In this document: one piece after another, positions 20,088-32,672 of the stretch
Numbering within the stretch: position 1 is the stretch's first letter
Layout of the letters: each line of letters begins with the position of its first letter
NCBI GenBank assembly: GCA_046597055.1
Contig: JBKJLC010000131.1
Coordinates: 1-64,000, forward strand
DNA length: 64,000 nt
Direction: 5' to 3'
DNA from: Kofleriaceae bacterium
Lineage (GTDB): Bacteria; Myxococcota_A; Polyangia; Haliangiales; Haliangiaceae
Made by a program: the position numbers and the translations under genes
The notes under the pieces: generated by a model
The model's input: the letters and a program-made list of their open reading frames with translations, nothing else
Databases searched by the model: none
Told to the model about the DNA's origin: nothing

Positions 20088-23000
20088 TTGTGGCAAGGTC
20101 CAGCGGAGTTGGCCGAGCGCGACGACCTCGATGTGACCGCGACCGCCGCGCCGACCTCGCACAGCGTCGGCACCGACACCACCGTCGGGCTCGAACCGGC
20201 CGTCCGGTACGACGACCTGCCCGACGACGGGTTGCCGGTGTACCGGGTCACCGGCGAGCTCGGTCGCGGCGGCATGGGCCACGTGATGCGCGCCGAGGAT
20301 CCCCGGCTGGGCCGCGAGGTCGCGGTCAAGCGGCTGATCTCGAGCGCCGCGGGGGCGCGGGCGCGGTTCGAGCGCGAGGCGCGCATCACCGCGCGGCTGC
20401 AACACCCGGCGATCGTGCCGATCTACGAGGCGGGCATCGACGCGAACGGGATTCCGTTCTACGCCATGCGGCTGATCACGGGTCGGACGCTGGCCGACGC
20501 GATCCGCGCGACCACGACGCTCGACGAGCGGCTCGGCCTGCTGCGCAACGTCATCGCGGTTGCCGAGGCGCTCGCCTACGCCCACAGCCGGCGCGTGATC
20601 CACCGCGACCTCAAGGCGTCGAACGTCGTGGTCGGGGAGTTCGGCGAGACGATCGTGATCGACTGGGGGCTGGCCAAGGACCTCGCCGCCAGCGATGCCC
20701 CCGAGCTGCCGACGGCGCCGACCGCCGAGCCGGCGGTCGCTGACGGCGAGCTGACCTGCGCGGGCGCCGTGATGGGCACCCCGGCGTACATGCCGCCCGA
20801 GCAGGCCGAGGGCGACCCGGTCGACGAGCGCGCCGACGTCTATGCGCTCGGGGTGATGCTGTACCACCTGCTGGCCGGCCAGATGCCGTACCGCGCCAAG
20901 ACGGCCGTCGACGTGCTGGCCGCGCTCCGCGCGGGCCCCCCCGAGCCGATCACGCAGCGGGTCGCCGGTGTCCCCAGCGATCTGGCAGCGATCATCGCGA
21001 AGGGGATGGCGCGGGCGCCGGCCGATCGCTATCCGACCGCGAAGGAGATGGCCCTCGAGCTCGAGCGGTTCGAGGCCGGCCAGCTGGTCGCGTCGCACGC
21101 CTACACCCGGCGCGAGCTGCTCGCGCGCTGGATCCACCGCCACCGCACCGCGGTGATCGTCGGACTGGTCGCGCTGGTCACCACCGGCGTCGGGGGCGCG
21201 ATGGCGATCGAAGAGATCGTCGAGGAGCGCCGTCATGCCGAGCACGAGCGCGACGTCGCGGTGCAGGCACGGTCCGCCGAGGTCGCGCGCGCCGACGAGG
21301 CGGTGCTGGCGCGCGCCCGAGATCTGGTCGACGAGCAGCCGCGCGGTGCGCTCGAGCAGCTGCGCGAGCTGTCCGCGGGCTCGCCGCAGTGGGCGCGCGC
21401 GCGCGCGATCGCGGCCGACGCGATGGCGCGCGGCGTGGTCCGCCGGGTCGGCCAGCTCGGCGACGCCGGCCTCCAGCTCGCGGTCGGCCGCGACGGGACG
21501 ACGCTCGCGACCTCCGCCGGCGAGCTGCTGTGGACCCGGCCTGGCGGCGGCCGGTGGATCACGCCGGCGACGAAGCCGGCGCTCGCCGCCGACGGATCGG
21601 CCTACGCCTGGCTCGACGGCGACCAGGCCGTGATCGGCGACGGCACCCGGGTGGCCGGCGAGCCGCCGTGGGGGCGGCACCGGGTCTCGGTGCCGGCCGG
21701 CACGACCGGGCTGGCGGTGACGCCCGGCGGCGCGGCGGTGTTCGCGATCACCGGCGATCGGGTCTACCGGATCGCGGTGCCATCGGGCACCCGCCGCGAT
21801 CTCGGCGCGGCGCCGGCCGGCTTCGGTCCCGCTGACGTCTCGAGCGCGATGCCCGGCTTCGTCGTCGCTGCGGCGAGCGCCCGCCGCGAGGGCAAGCTCA
21901 CCCGGGTCGCGCGGGCGTGGCGGTACGACGGAACCGAGCTGGTCGTGCCGCGCCTGTCGATGGCCGCCGAGGCACCGGGCGGTGCGCTGATCGCGCTCGT
22001 GATCGAGGACCGCGTGATCGTGCGCGACGTCGCCCGCGGGACCGACGCGACCGTCGCGAGCGGCCTGGAGATGGCCTCGCCCCGGATCGGCGCCGGCGGG
22101 CGCTGGCTGGCGTGGAGCCAGCTCAGCGATCCGGTGGTCCACCTGCGCGACCTGCAGAGGTCGAAGGACTTCGAGCTGCGCGGCCACACGGGCCTGTACA
22201 TCATCAGCGAGTTCTCGAGCGACGGCCGCTGGCTCGCGACCGCCGGAGGCGACGGCCATGTCCGGCTGTGGGATCTCGAGGTGCTCGCCGAGGAGCAGCC
22301 GAAGGGTGCGCTGCCACGCGCCGAGCCGACCCTGGTCGTCGACGCCAGCGACACCGTGCACGCGCTCGCGTTTGCCAGCGACGGTGCCCTGATCGCCCTG
22401 ACCGAAGGCGGCGCGGTGCTGCGCTGGGCGCTACCGACGGTGGTGTCGCGCCGCAACCGCGGTCCCTACCGATCCACCGACCTGACCTGGGAGGCCCACG
22501 TGCACGCCGGCGAGGCCGTCGTGATCCGCGTGGCCGATCGGCTGCGCCGCGCCTTGCCGGGCGTGACCGATCAGTTCGAGCCCGGCGATCCGATCACCCT
22601 CGCCTTCGCCGCGGATCCGCAGGTCGTGGCGGTGGCGGGACGGCGCGAGGTCATGCGCTGGCAACACGAGCGCGGCACGGTCGACCGCTTTCCGATCGAC
22701 GGCGACGTCATCGAGGTCGCGATCGCGCCCGCCGGTGACCAGCTGATCGCGCTGACTCGTGACGGGACCGCGTGGCTGGCCGGGGTCGGCCCGACCCGCA
22801 CGCTGGCGACCGGCTTCGGGATCACGGGCGCCCGTCCCCGGTTTGCCTCCGACGGACGCCACGTCGGGTTGCACGCACGTGCCGCGCGGCTGTTCCGGGT
22901 CGCGGACGGCGCCGAGCTGCCCGTGCCCGCCGGGAGGTACCTCGCGTTCACGCGCGACGGGCGCGGCGTCGCGATCGCCAGCGAGCTGCGCGTCGAGCGC

Positions 23001-23417
23001 TGCGAGCTCGCGTCGCTGCGGTGCGACCCACTCGACGACAGCCAGCATGCGGCGATCCTCACCTTCGGGCCGGCCGGCGAGCTGGCCGCGACCCGCCGCG
23101 GGCTGGAGGTGGTGATGTGGGCGGCTGACACGCGGACCCCGACCGTGGTCGGGCGTCACCGCGCCGGCATCAGCCGGATCGCCTTCTCGCCCGACGGGAA
23201 ATCCCTGGTGACCAGCGGCCAGGGCCCCGAGGTGCAGCTCATCGATGTCGCGACCACCGAGCATCGGCGGCTGTTCGTCCACGACGACCCGGTCGGAGCC
23301 CGCCACGACGGCGACCGGGTCTGGGTCACCGACTGGTTTCGCACCTACCAGCACCCCGACGACCTGCCGCGCGACGAGGCCGGGCTGCGCGCGCGGATCG
23401 AGCAGCTCCTCGAGTGA
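20088..23417 (+). CDS. Ser/Thr protein kinase with TM and WD40-like repeats
   Basis: LGRGGMG, VAVK, HRDLKASN, DWGLAK, GTPAYMPPEQ; GHT..FSSDGRWLATAGGDGHVRLWD. Confidence 0.92.
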   Translation: MWQGPAELAERDDLDVTATAAPTSHSVGTDTTVGLEPAVRYDDLPDDGLPVYRVTGELGRGGMGHVMRAEDPRLGREVAVKRLISSAAGARARFEREARITARLQHPAIVPIYEAGIDANGIPFYAMRLITGRTLADAIRATTTLDERLGLLRNVIAVAEALAYAHSRRVIHRDLKASNVVVGEFGETIVIDWGLAKDLAASDAPELPTAPTAEPAVADGELTCAGAVMGTPAYMPPEQAEGDPVDERADVYALGVMLYHLLAGQMPYRAKTAVDVLAALRAGPPEPITQRVAGVPSDLAAIIAKGMARAPADRYPTAKEMALELERFEAGQLVASHAYTRRELLARWIHRHRTAVIVGLVALVTTGVGGAMAIEEIVEERRHAEHERDVAVQARSAEVARADEAVLARARDLVDEQPRGALEQLRELSAGSPQWARARAIAADAMARGVVRRVGQLGDAGLQLAVGRDGTTLATSAGELLWTRPGGGRWITPATKPALAADGSAYAWLDGDQAVIGDGTRVAGEPPWGRHRVSVPAGTTGLAVTPGGAAVFAITGDRVYRIAVPSGTRRDLGAAPAGFGPADVSSAMPGFVVAAASARREGKLTRVARAWRYDGTELVVPRLSMAAEAPGGALIALVIEDRVIVRDVARGTDATVASGLEMASPRIGAGGRWLAWSQLSDPVVHLRDLQRSKDFELRGHTGLYIISEFSSDGRWLATAGGDGHVRLWDLEVLAEEQPKGALPRAEPTLVVDASDTVHALAFASDGALIALTEGGAVLRWALPTVVSRRNRGPYRSTDLTWEAHVHAGEAVVIRVADRLRRALPGVTDQFEPGDPITLAFAADPQVVAVAGRREVMRWQHERGTVDRFPIDGDVIEVAIAPAGDQLIALTRDGTAWLAGVGPTRTLATGFGITGARPRFASDGRHVGLHARAARLFRVADGAELPVPAGRYLAFTRDGRGVAIASELRVERCELASLRCDPLDDSQHAAILTFGPAGELAATRRGLEVVMWAADTRTPTVVGRHRAGISRIAFSPDGKSLVTSGQGPEVQLIDVATTEHRRLFVHDDPVGARHDGDRVWVTDWFRTYQHPDDLPRDEAGLRARIEQLLE

Positions 23418-23496
23418 GCCCGACCGGGGCGTCGCGGCCACCGCAGTTTTCCTGCCTGTGCCGTGCGCGGCGCTGCCCCGTCGGCGATGATGCCGC

Positions 23497-24072
23497 ATGT
23501 CGCCGCCGCCGCTCCGGCCCCGCTCCGCGTGGTTCCTGCTGATCGTCGTCCCGCTCGGGCTCGCCGGGTTGTTCGTCGCGAAGTTCGCGTTCGGCATGGT
23601 CGACGAGGTTCGCGGCATGGCGCGCGTCGTCGTGCCCGGTAGCGGCGAGGTCCGACTCGAGGCTGGCTCGTACGTCGTGTACGGCGAGACCCGGAGCGTC
23701 GTCGAGGACGAGTCGTACTTCACGACGTCGATGTCGATGCGCTGCAACGTCGTCGACAGCGCCAGCGGCGCGCCGGTCCCGCTCGAGTCGACCACGGGCT
23801 CGTCGTCGTACACCATGGGCGGCTTCGAGGGCCGATCGATGTTCGAGCTGGCGGTGCCGCGCGCCGGCGCCTACCGCGTGACCTGCGAGGGCGACGGCGG
23901 ACCGGCGACGATCGCGTTCGGTCGCGGCATCGGCCGTGCGATCTTCCAGCTGCTCGGCGCCATCGGCGGCGGCATCGCCGGCGCGGTCGTCATCGCCGTG
24001 GTGATCGATCGCATGCGCAGCAAGGCGCGCAAGGCGCAGGCGCGCGCGGCCATCACGCCGGGACCAGCGTGA
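23497..24072 (+). CDS. Hypothetical membrane protein
   Basis: Two TM segments flanking a beta-rich domain. Confidence 0.7.
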   Translation: MSPPPLRPRSAWFLLIVVPLGLAGLFVAKFAFGMVDEVRGMARVVVPGSGEVRLEAGSYVVYGETRSVVEDESYFTTSMSMRCNVVDSASGAPVPLESTTGSSSYTMGGFEGRSMFELAVPRAGAYRVTCEGDGGPATIAFGRGIGRAIFQLLGAIGGGIAGAVVIAVVIDRMRSKARKAQARAAITPGPA

Positions 24073-24724
24073 TGCGGGTGATCTCGCAGCGGGTGCCGAC
24101 CCGCAGCGGGGGGCCCCAGTACCCGGTGCCGTCGCTCACGTAGAGCCACGTGCGTCCGAACCGGGCCAGGCCGGACACCTTGGGGTCGAACAGGCGCGCG
24201 AGCCAGCCGTAGGGCAGCAGCTGACCGCCGTGGGTGTGGCCCGACAGCTGGAGGTCGGCGCCGGCGGCGATCGCCCGCGTGATCGTGCGCGGGCGGCAGG
24301 CGAGCAAGATCAGCGGCAGGCCCGGATCGCGGCCCGCCACCGCGCGCGGCACGTCCTCGGTCGGACCGCGGGCGACGTTGACCAGGCCCGCGACGACGAC
24401 CGCGATCGCCGCCGCGCCGCACACCATCGCGGCGTCGCGCGCGCCGGCGCCGAGCGCGTCCGCGACGTGGCTCGCGATCGCGCCGAGCAGCAAGTAGGTC
24501 GCGAGCCCGAACCAGAGATACCCGACCAGCAGCCAGGGCCGCGCCCGCTCGCGCGGGAGTCGCCGCGAGAGCGGCACCGTGACGGGAAACACGGGCGCCA
24601 GCCCCAGCATCAACGCCGTGCTGAGCTGCCACCACGGCGATGGCAGCGGCCACGCCAGCCGCCACCATATGTAGGCGTGCGCCCCTGCCAGGATCGCGAG
24701 CGCGACCAGGAAACGACGGCGCAT
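24053..24724 (-). CDS. Internally deleted YkuE/YaeI-like membrane metallophosphoesterase (probably inactive)
   Basis: TM N-terminus and DLQLSGHTHGGQ, LYVS.GTGYWGPPLRVG..EIT C-terminus are present; DxH, GD and GNH motifs are absent. Confidence 0.75.
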   Translation of the reverse strand: MRRRFLVALAILAGAHAYIWWRLAWPLPSPWWQLSTALMLGLAPVFPVTVPLSRRLPRERARPWLLVGYLWFGLATYLLLGAIASHVADALGAGARDAAMVCGAAAIAVVVAGLVNVARGPTEDVPRAVAGRDPGLPLILLACRPRTITRAIAAGADLQLSGHTHGGQLLPYGWLARLFDPKVSGLARFGRTWLYVSDGTGYWGPPLRVGTRCEITRITLVPA

Positions 24725-24957
24725 GTCCGCGATCTAGCACCGGATCGGGGGCCGGCGCCGGCACTCGAGGGCCCCGCGTGTGGGCGCTTCGCGTCCCTCG
24801 CCGCGAGCCCCTGGCCAGCACCGTCCGCGACCGTGAGCCTGACTTCGCGCGCAGCCGATGGGGAACATCCAACGGCGCTGGTGAACAATGTGTCGAGCCG
24901 GCGCACCACGCCCGCGCGTTGGCGCGCACTTCCGGACGTCTATTCGCGGGCTTCCGT

Positions 24958-24973
24958 CGGCACGCAGCTTGCT
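24958..24973 (+). promoter_or_regulatory. Putative sigma-54 promoter
   Basis: CGGCACGCAGCTTGCT, a near-consensus match. Confidence 0.65.
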
Positions 24974-24985
24974 CAACGTGTCTGC

Positions 24986-25153
24986 ATGAACTCGGACGAC
25001 CTCGAGATTGACCTGAGCGACGACTCCCAGCTGATCAGCGAGCTCGACGACGACCGCTGGATGGAGCGCCTCCTCGTGGAGCTTGGCGACGACGAGCTGC
25101 TCCGCTCGATGCGCGACTTCCGCGACGCCGAGCACGCCTGCGCCGCGAAGTGA
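24986..25153 (+). CDS. Small acidic hypothetical protein (55 aa)
   Basis: MNSDDLEIDLSDD...; good codon bias, directly after the sigma-54 site. Confidence 0.6.
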   Translation: MNSDDLEIDLSDDSQLISELDDDRWMERLLVELGDDELLRSMRDFRDAEHACAAK

Positions 25154-25261
25154 GCCGAGCTCGGTCCGTCGTGATGGCAGCCGGCGCCCTTCGCCAGGGC
25201 CTGGCCACCGAGCTTTTCATGCAGGCGCGCACCAAGCCGACCCAGCGCTAAGCTTCTCCGA

Positions 25262-25290
25262 TTGCCGATAGTAGCTCGCTACGCTACAAG
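25262..25290 (+). promoter_or_regulatory. Putative sigma-70 promoter with palindrome in spacer (candidate BlaI operator)
   Basis: TTGCCG-N17-TACAAG, with GTG 7 nt downstream; GTAGC-TC-GCTAC at 25271-25282. Confidence 0.45.
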
Positions 25291-25296
25291 TGCTCG

Positions 25297-25689
25297 GTGC
25301 GAACTTTCGCGGACGCCTCGCAGGTCCTTGGCGAGCTCGAGCAGCGCCTGATGGACCTGCTGTGGCAGGAGCACCCGCTGTCGGTCCGCGACGTGAAGGC
25401 CCGGCTCGGTCGGGTCAAGCTCGCGTACACCACGGTGATGACGACGCTCGACCGCCTCTACAAGAAGGGGCTGCTCGCGCGGACCAAGAACGGCCTCGCC
25501 TTCGTCTACCAGCCGGCCATCGATCGCGCCGAGTACCAGCGGCGCGTGGTGCAGGCGGCGCTCGTTCCCTTGCTGGCGCAGGGGCCGGGGCCGGTGTTGG
25601 CGGCGTTCATCGATGTGGCGGCTGGCGCCGACGACGAGAACCTGACGCGCCTCGAGACCCTGATCGCGGCCCACCGGAAGAAGCGGTGA
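25297..25689 (+). CDS. BlaI/MecI/CopY family transcriptional repressor
   Basis: LGELEQRLMDLLW, LAYTTVMTTLDRLYKKGLL.R. Confidence 0.93.
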   Translation: MRTFADASQVLGELEQRLMDLLWQEHPLSVRDVKARLGRVKLAYTTVMTTLDRLYKKGLLARTKNGLAFVYQPAIDRAEYQRRVVQAALVPLLAQGPGPVLAAFIDVAAGADDENLTRLETLIAAHRKKR

Positions 25690-25693
25690 CGCC

Positions 25694-26638
25694 ATGATGG
25701 GCTTCGCGCTGGTGTTCGTGCTCGTCGTGACGGCCCTGTCGTTGTGCATGGCGATCGCGGTGCGCTGCGCCGGACCCTCGCTACGGCGGCGCGGTGCGCA
25801 GGTCGAACGCCAGGCGGTAGCACTCGCCGCCGGGCTCCCGGTGGCCCTGGCCACCGCGCTGGTGGCGACCCTCGTGGTCGCGGGCTACCTGGGCGATGAT
25901 CATTGCGGCGTCCACGATCACCACGCGCACCTGTGTCTCGCGCACGGGGACGCGTGGGGACGGCAGCCGTGGGTGGTCGTCGTGCTGGCGGCGGCGGGCG
26001 CGACCGTGCTGGCTCGTCTCGCCGTCCTCATCGGCCAGCATGGTCGGGCGGCGAGCGCCGTCGCTCGGCTGCGCGAGGTCGGCTCGACGACGGGAGACGT
26101 GACCCTGGTCGACTCGGCCCGCGCGTTCTGCTTCGTCGCCGGGCTCTGGCGACCCCGGATCTACGCCTCGACCGCCGCATGGAGCGGGCTCACCGACGAC
26201 GAGCGGGCCGCCATGCTCGCCCACGAGCGCGGGCACATCACGTACCACGATCTGACGCGGCGCCTGGGTCTCGAGCTCCTGCTCGCCCTCTCGGCGCCCT
26301 TCGTGACCGGCATCCTCATGCCGCGCTGGGCGCGCGCGACCGAGCGCCTCCGCGATGGCGATGCGGCGCGGGCCGTGGGCGACCCGGAGCCGGTGGCGCG
26401 CGCGATGGTCCATCTGTGTCGGCTCGAGCTCGCGGCGACCGCACCGGGGTTCCGGTTTGCCGCCAGCGGGGACGACCTGTCCGACCGCGTCGAGGCGCTG
26501 CTCGCGAACGAATCCAGTGGCCGCCGTGCCGCCCGGGTCCTCGCGCTGGCGCTGGTCGGCGCCGCGGTCCTGGTGGCCATGGCCGTCGCGGTCCAGGCCG
26601 ATCCGCTGCATCACGCCCTCGAGACCCTGCTCGGTTGA
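25694..26638 (+). CDS. M56 family membrane metallopeptidase (BlaR1-like, no penicillin-binding domain)
   Basis: FVAGLWRPRIY.S, MLAHERGH (HExxH), ERL.D; His/Cys loop DDHCGVHDHHAHLCLAH. Confidence 0.88.
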   Translation: MMGFALVFVLVVTALSLCMAIAVRCAGPSLRRRGAQVERQAVALAAGLPVALATALVATLVVAGYLGDDHCGVHDHHAHLCLAHGDAWGRQPWVVVVLAAAGATVLARLAVLIGQHGRAASAVARLREVGSTTGDVTLVDSARAFCFVAGLWRPRIYASTAAWSGLTDDERAAMLAHERGHITYHDLTRRLGLELLLALSAPFVTGILMPRWARATERLRDGDAARAVGDPEPVARAMVHLCRLELAATAPGFRFAASGDDLSDRVEALLANESSGRRAARVLALALVGAAVLVAMAVAVQADPLHHALETLLG

Positions 26639-26669
26639 GCAGGCTCGGCATGTTCGCGAAGGAGATCCC

Positions 26670-27920
26670 GTGGGCTCGAGATTACTACTGCTGATAGTCG
26701 CCACGTCCGCGGCGATGCTGTCGTCGACTGCGGCTGGCGACGATGGGGTCGCCGCCGAGGTCGTCGCGATCGACGAGGCGCACTTCCTCGCACAGCTCAG
26801 GCAGGTCGACCCTCGGTTCGAGCGCCTGGCGGCGGAGGTCGCGAACGCCCGCGCCGAGGTCATGGCGGCCGGGGTTCGCCCGGAGCCGCAGATCGCCCTC
26901 GATCGGGAAGCGGTCTTCGCAAATGGTGGGGCCGCGACCAGCTACGCCCGTGTCACCGTGCCGATCGACGTGTCGGGCCGGCGCGGGCGGCGGATCTCCG
27001 CGGCGCGCACGACGGTCGATGCGGTCACCGCCGAAGGCGATCGGACCCAGGTCGAGATCGTGGTGGAGGCCATGCGGGTCTTCGAGGACGCGGCCTACGC
27101 CCGCAACCTGGTGGCGACCCTGGCTCGCGAGCGCGACGCGCTGGTCCGGCTGGTCGACGTCGTGCGCAAGCGCGCCGGCGCGGGCGCCGCCAGCGGGTAC
27201 GATGTGCAGCGCTTCGAGCTCGAGCTGACCGGCTATGACGATCGGGTCGCCTCGGCGGAGAGCCGGCTGCTCGAGGCGCGCACCCAGCTCGCGGCCCTGA
27301 TCGGTCGACCGGAACAGCTGGTCGACGCTTCGTCCGGGCTGGAGCTGCCGGCCCGCCCGGCGCCGCTCGCCACCCTGGCATCCACGGTGCTCGACGGTCG
27401 CGGCGACTATCAGGCGGCACGCCTGCGCGGCCAGAGCGCCGCCCAGCTCGTCCGCGAGGCCGACCGCGCGTGGATACCCGGGCTCACCCTGTCCGGGGGC
27501 GTGATGTCCCAGGACGTCGGCACCGAGACCGCGTTCGGCTACACGGCCGGGGTCTCGCTCTCGCTGCCCATCTTCGACCGTGGCCGCGCCGCCCGGGCGC
27601 GCGCGATCGCGGCCGGCCGGGCTGCCAGCGCCGACGCCCGCGTGCTCGAGCGCGGGATCCCGGCCGCCCTGCGCGCGAAGCACGCCACGCTGGTTGGTCG
27701 GATCGATCAGGCCGAGCGGCTCGCTGCCAACCAGCTGGCGCGCCTCGACGACCTCCTGCGTGCGGCCGAGACCGGCTACCGCGAGGGGGCCAGCAGCGTC
27801 GTCGAGCTGCTCGATGCCCACGAGACCGCGCGCGATGCCCGCCTTCATGATCTCGAGCTCCGGCGCGACGCGCGCCTCGCCGTGCTCGACCTTTGGCTCG
27901 TTCTTGGACGCCGCCCGTGA
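26670..27920 (+). CDS. TolC/CzcC family outer membrane factor
   Basis: GTG after AAGGAG; GVSLSLPIFDRGR, YREG.SSVVELLDA. Confidence 0.88.
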   Translation: MGSRLLLLIVATSAAMLSSTAAGDDGVAAEVVAIDEAHFLAQLRQVDPRFERLAAEVANARAEVMAAGVRPEPQIALDREAVFANGGAATSYARVTVPIDVSGRRGRRISAARTTVDAVTAEGDRTQVEIVVEAMRVFEDAAYARNLVATLARERDALVRLVDVVRKRAGAGAASGYDVQRFELELTGYDDRVASAESRLLEARTQLAALIGRPEQLVDASSGLELPARPAPLATLASTVLDGRGDYQAARLRGQSAAQLVREADRAWIPGLTLSGGVMSQDVGTETAFGYTAGVSLSLPIFDRGRAARARAIAAGRAASADARVLERGIPAALRAKHATLVGRIDQAERLAANQLARLDDLLRAAETGYREGASSVVELLDAHETARDARLHDLELRRDARLAVLDLWLVLGRRP

Positions 27921-27928
27921 GGTTCACC

Positions 27929-29539
27929 ATGTCTGCTGTCTTCGCCCACCACGCCACCCTCGTGAGCCTGCTTGGCCTCGTGACGCTGCTCCCCGGCTGC
28001 GGCGGGGGCAAGCACGACGACGGCCAGGCCGATCATGGTGCCGGTGGCCATGCTGACCACGGCGCCGGCGGTGAAGCCGAGGAGGAGCTGCCGGGCCAGT
28101 CGGTGACGCTTTGGACCGAGCGCACCGAGCTGTTCGCCGAGTACCGACCGCTCGTCGTCGGGCAGAAGAGCGGCTTTGCCGCCCACGTGACCGAGATGGC
28201 CAGCTTCAAGGCGGTGACGGCCGGCTCGGTGACGATCACGCTCCGGTACGCCGATGGCAAATCGATCGCGGGCACGTCCGGACCGCCCTCGAACCCCGGC
28301 ATCTTCCGGCCTACGCTCACGCCGGATCGCGCCGGCCCCTGCGAGCTGTCGATGTCGGTGACCGGTCCGCAGCTGACCGACTCGTTCACGATCGGGCCCT
28401 GCGTGGTCTACCCCGACGCTGCCGCGGCTCGGACCGCGCTCGGCGCGGAGGAGGAGACGCCCGGCCGGATCGGGTACCTCAAGGAGCAGCAGTGGAAGAC
28501 CGACTTCGCGCTCGCCCTGATCGGCGAGCGTGATCTGCAGGACGGCGTGCGCGCCACCGGCGAGATCCGGCCGGTCGCCGGACGCGAGGCCAAGGTCACC
28601 GCGCCCGCGTCGGGACGGGTCGTGCTCGCCAGCCCGGTCCCGCTGCTCGGCATGCCGCTGACCCAGGGCCAGGTCCTGGCCTCGGTCGCGCCCCGACTCT
28701 CCTCGGGCGGCGACCGCGCCACGATGGCGGCCGACGTCGGTGCGTTCGCCGCCGAGGTCGACGCCGCCCGGGCCGAGCTGGCGCGGGCCGAGCGGCTGGT
28801 CGCGGACCAGGCGGCCCCGGCCCGTACGGTCGACGAGGCACGAACCCGGCTGCGGGTCGCCGAGGCGCGCCTGACCGGGGCCCGCGGCCGGCTCGGCCAG
28901 TTCGATACCGGCGCCGCCGGCGGCGGTGGCGGGCGCCAGTTCCAGATCCGGTCGCCGATCGCCGGCACCCTGGTCTCGCTCGAGATCGCCTCGGGCCAGG
29001 CCGTCGAGGAAGGCCAGCCGCTGTTCGACGTCATCGATCTCGATCGGGTGTGGCTGGTCGCGCGGGTGTTCGAGCCCGACGTGCCGAAGGTCGAGGGCGC
29101 CCGCTCGGCGTGGTTCACGATCCAGGGCTATCCCCAGGCGTTCACGGTCGACGAGACCAACGCCCGGCTGGTCACCGTCGGCCGCGTCATCGATCCGAAA
29201 ACCCGCACGGTGCCGGTGATCTTCGATCTCGACAACCAGGCCGGTCGCCTGCGCATCGGCAACTTCGCCAAGGTGGTGATCGCCACCGGGGCGCCGCGCA
29301 AGGCGCTCGCGATTCCCGACCGCGCGATCGTCGACGATGCCGGCCGCTCGATCGCCTACGTCATGGTCGAGGGCGAAGCCTTCGAGCGCCGGCCGCTCCG
29401 GCTGGGCGTCCGCTCGAACGGCTGGGTCGAGGTGCTCGAGGGCGTCGTCGCCGGGGAGCGGGTCGTGACCACGGGTGCGTACGAGATCAAGCTAGCGTCG
29501 GCGGCCGGCTCGGTGCCGGCGCACGGCCACGCTCACTAG
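27929..29539 (+). CDS. RND periplasmic adaptor (CzcB-like lipoprotein)
   Basis: Lipobox, His-rich linker, IRSPIAG, IDPKTRTVPV, GERVVTTGAY; ends HGHAH. Confidence 0.92.
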   Translation: MSAVFAHHATLVSLLGLVTLLPGCGGGKHDDGQADHGAGGHADHGAGGEAEEELPGQSVTLWTERTELFAEYRPLVVGQKSGFAAHVTEMASFKAVTAGSVTITLRYADGKSIAGTSGPPSNPGIFRPTLTPDRAGPCELSMSVTGPQLTDSFTIGPCVVYPDAAAARTALGAEEETPGRIGYLKEQQWKTDFALALIGERDLQDGVRATGEIRPVAGREAKVTAPASGRVVLASPVPLLGMPLTQGQVLASVAPRLSSGGDRATMAADVGAFAAEVDAARAELARAERLVADQAAPARTVDEARTRLRVAEARLTGARGRLGQFDTGAAGGGGGRQFQIRSPIAGTLVSLEIASGQAVEEGQPLFDVIDLDRVWLVARVFEPDVPKVEGARSAWFTIQGYPQAFTVDETNARLVTVGRVIDPKTRTVPVIFDLDNQAGRLRIGNFAKVVIATGAPRKALAIPDRAIVDDAGRSIAYVMVEGEAFERRPLRLGVRSNGWVEVLEGVVAGERVVTTGAYEIKLASAAGSVPAHGHAH

Positions 29540-29542
29540 GGC

Positions 29543-32668
<3,126 letters not shown>

Positions 32669-32672
32669 GCCG

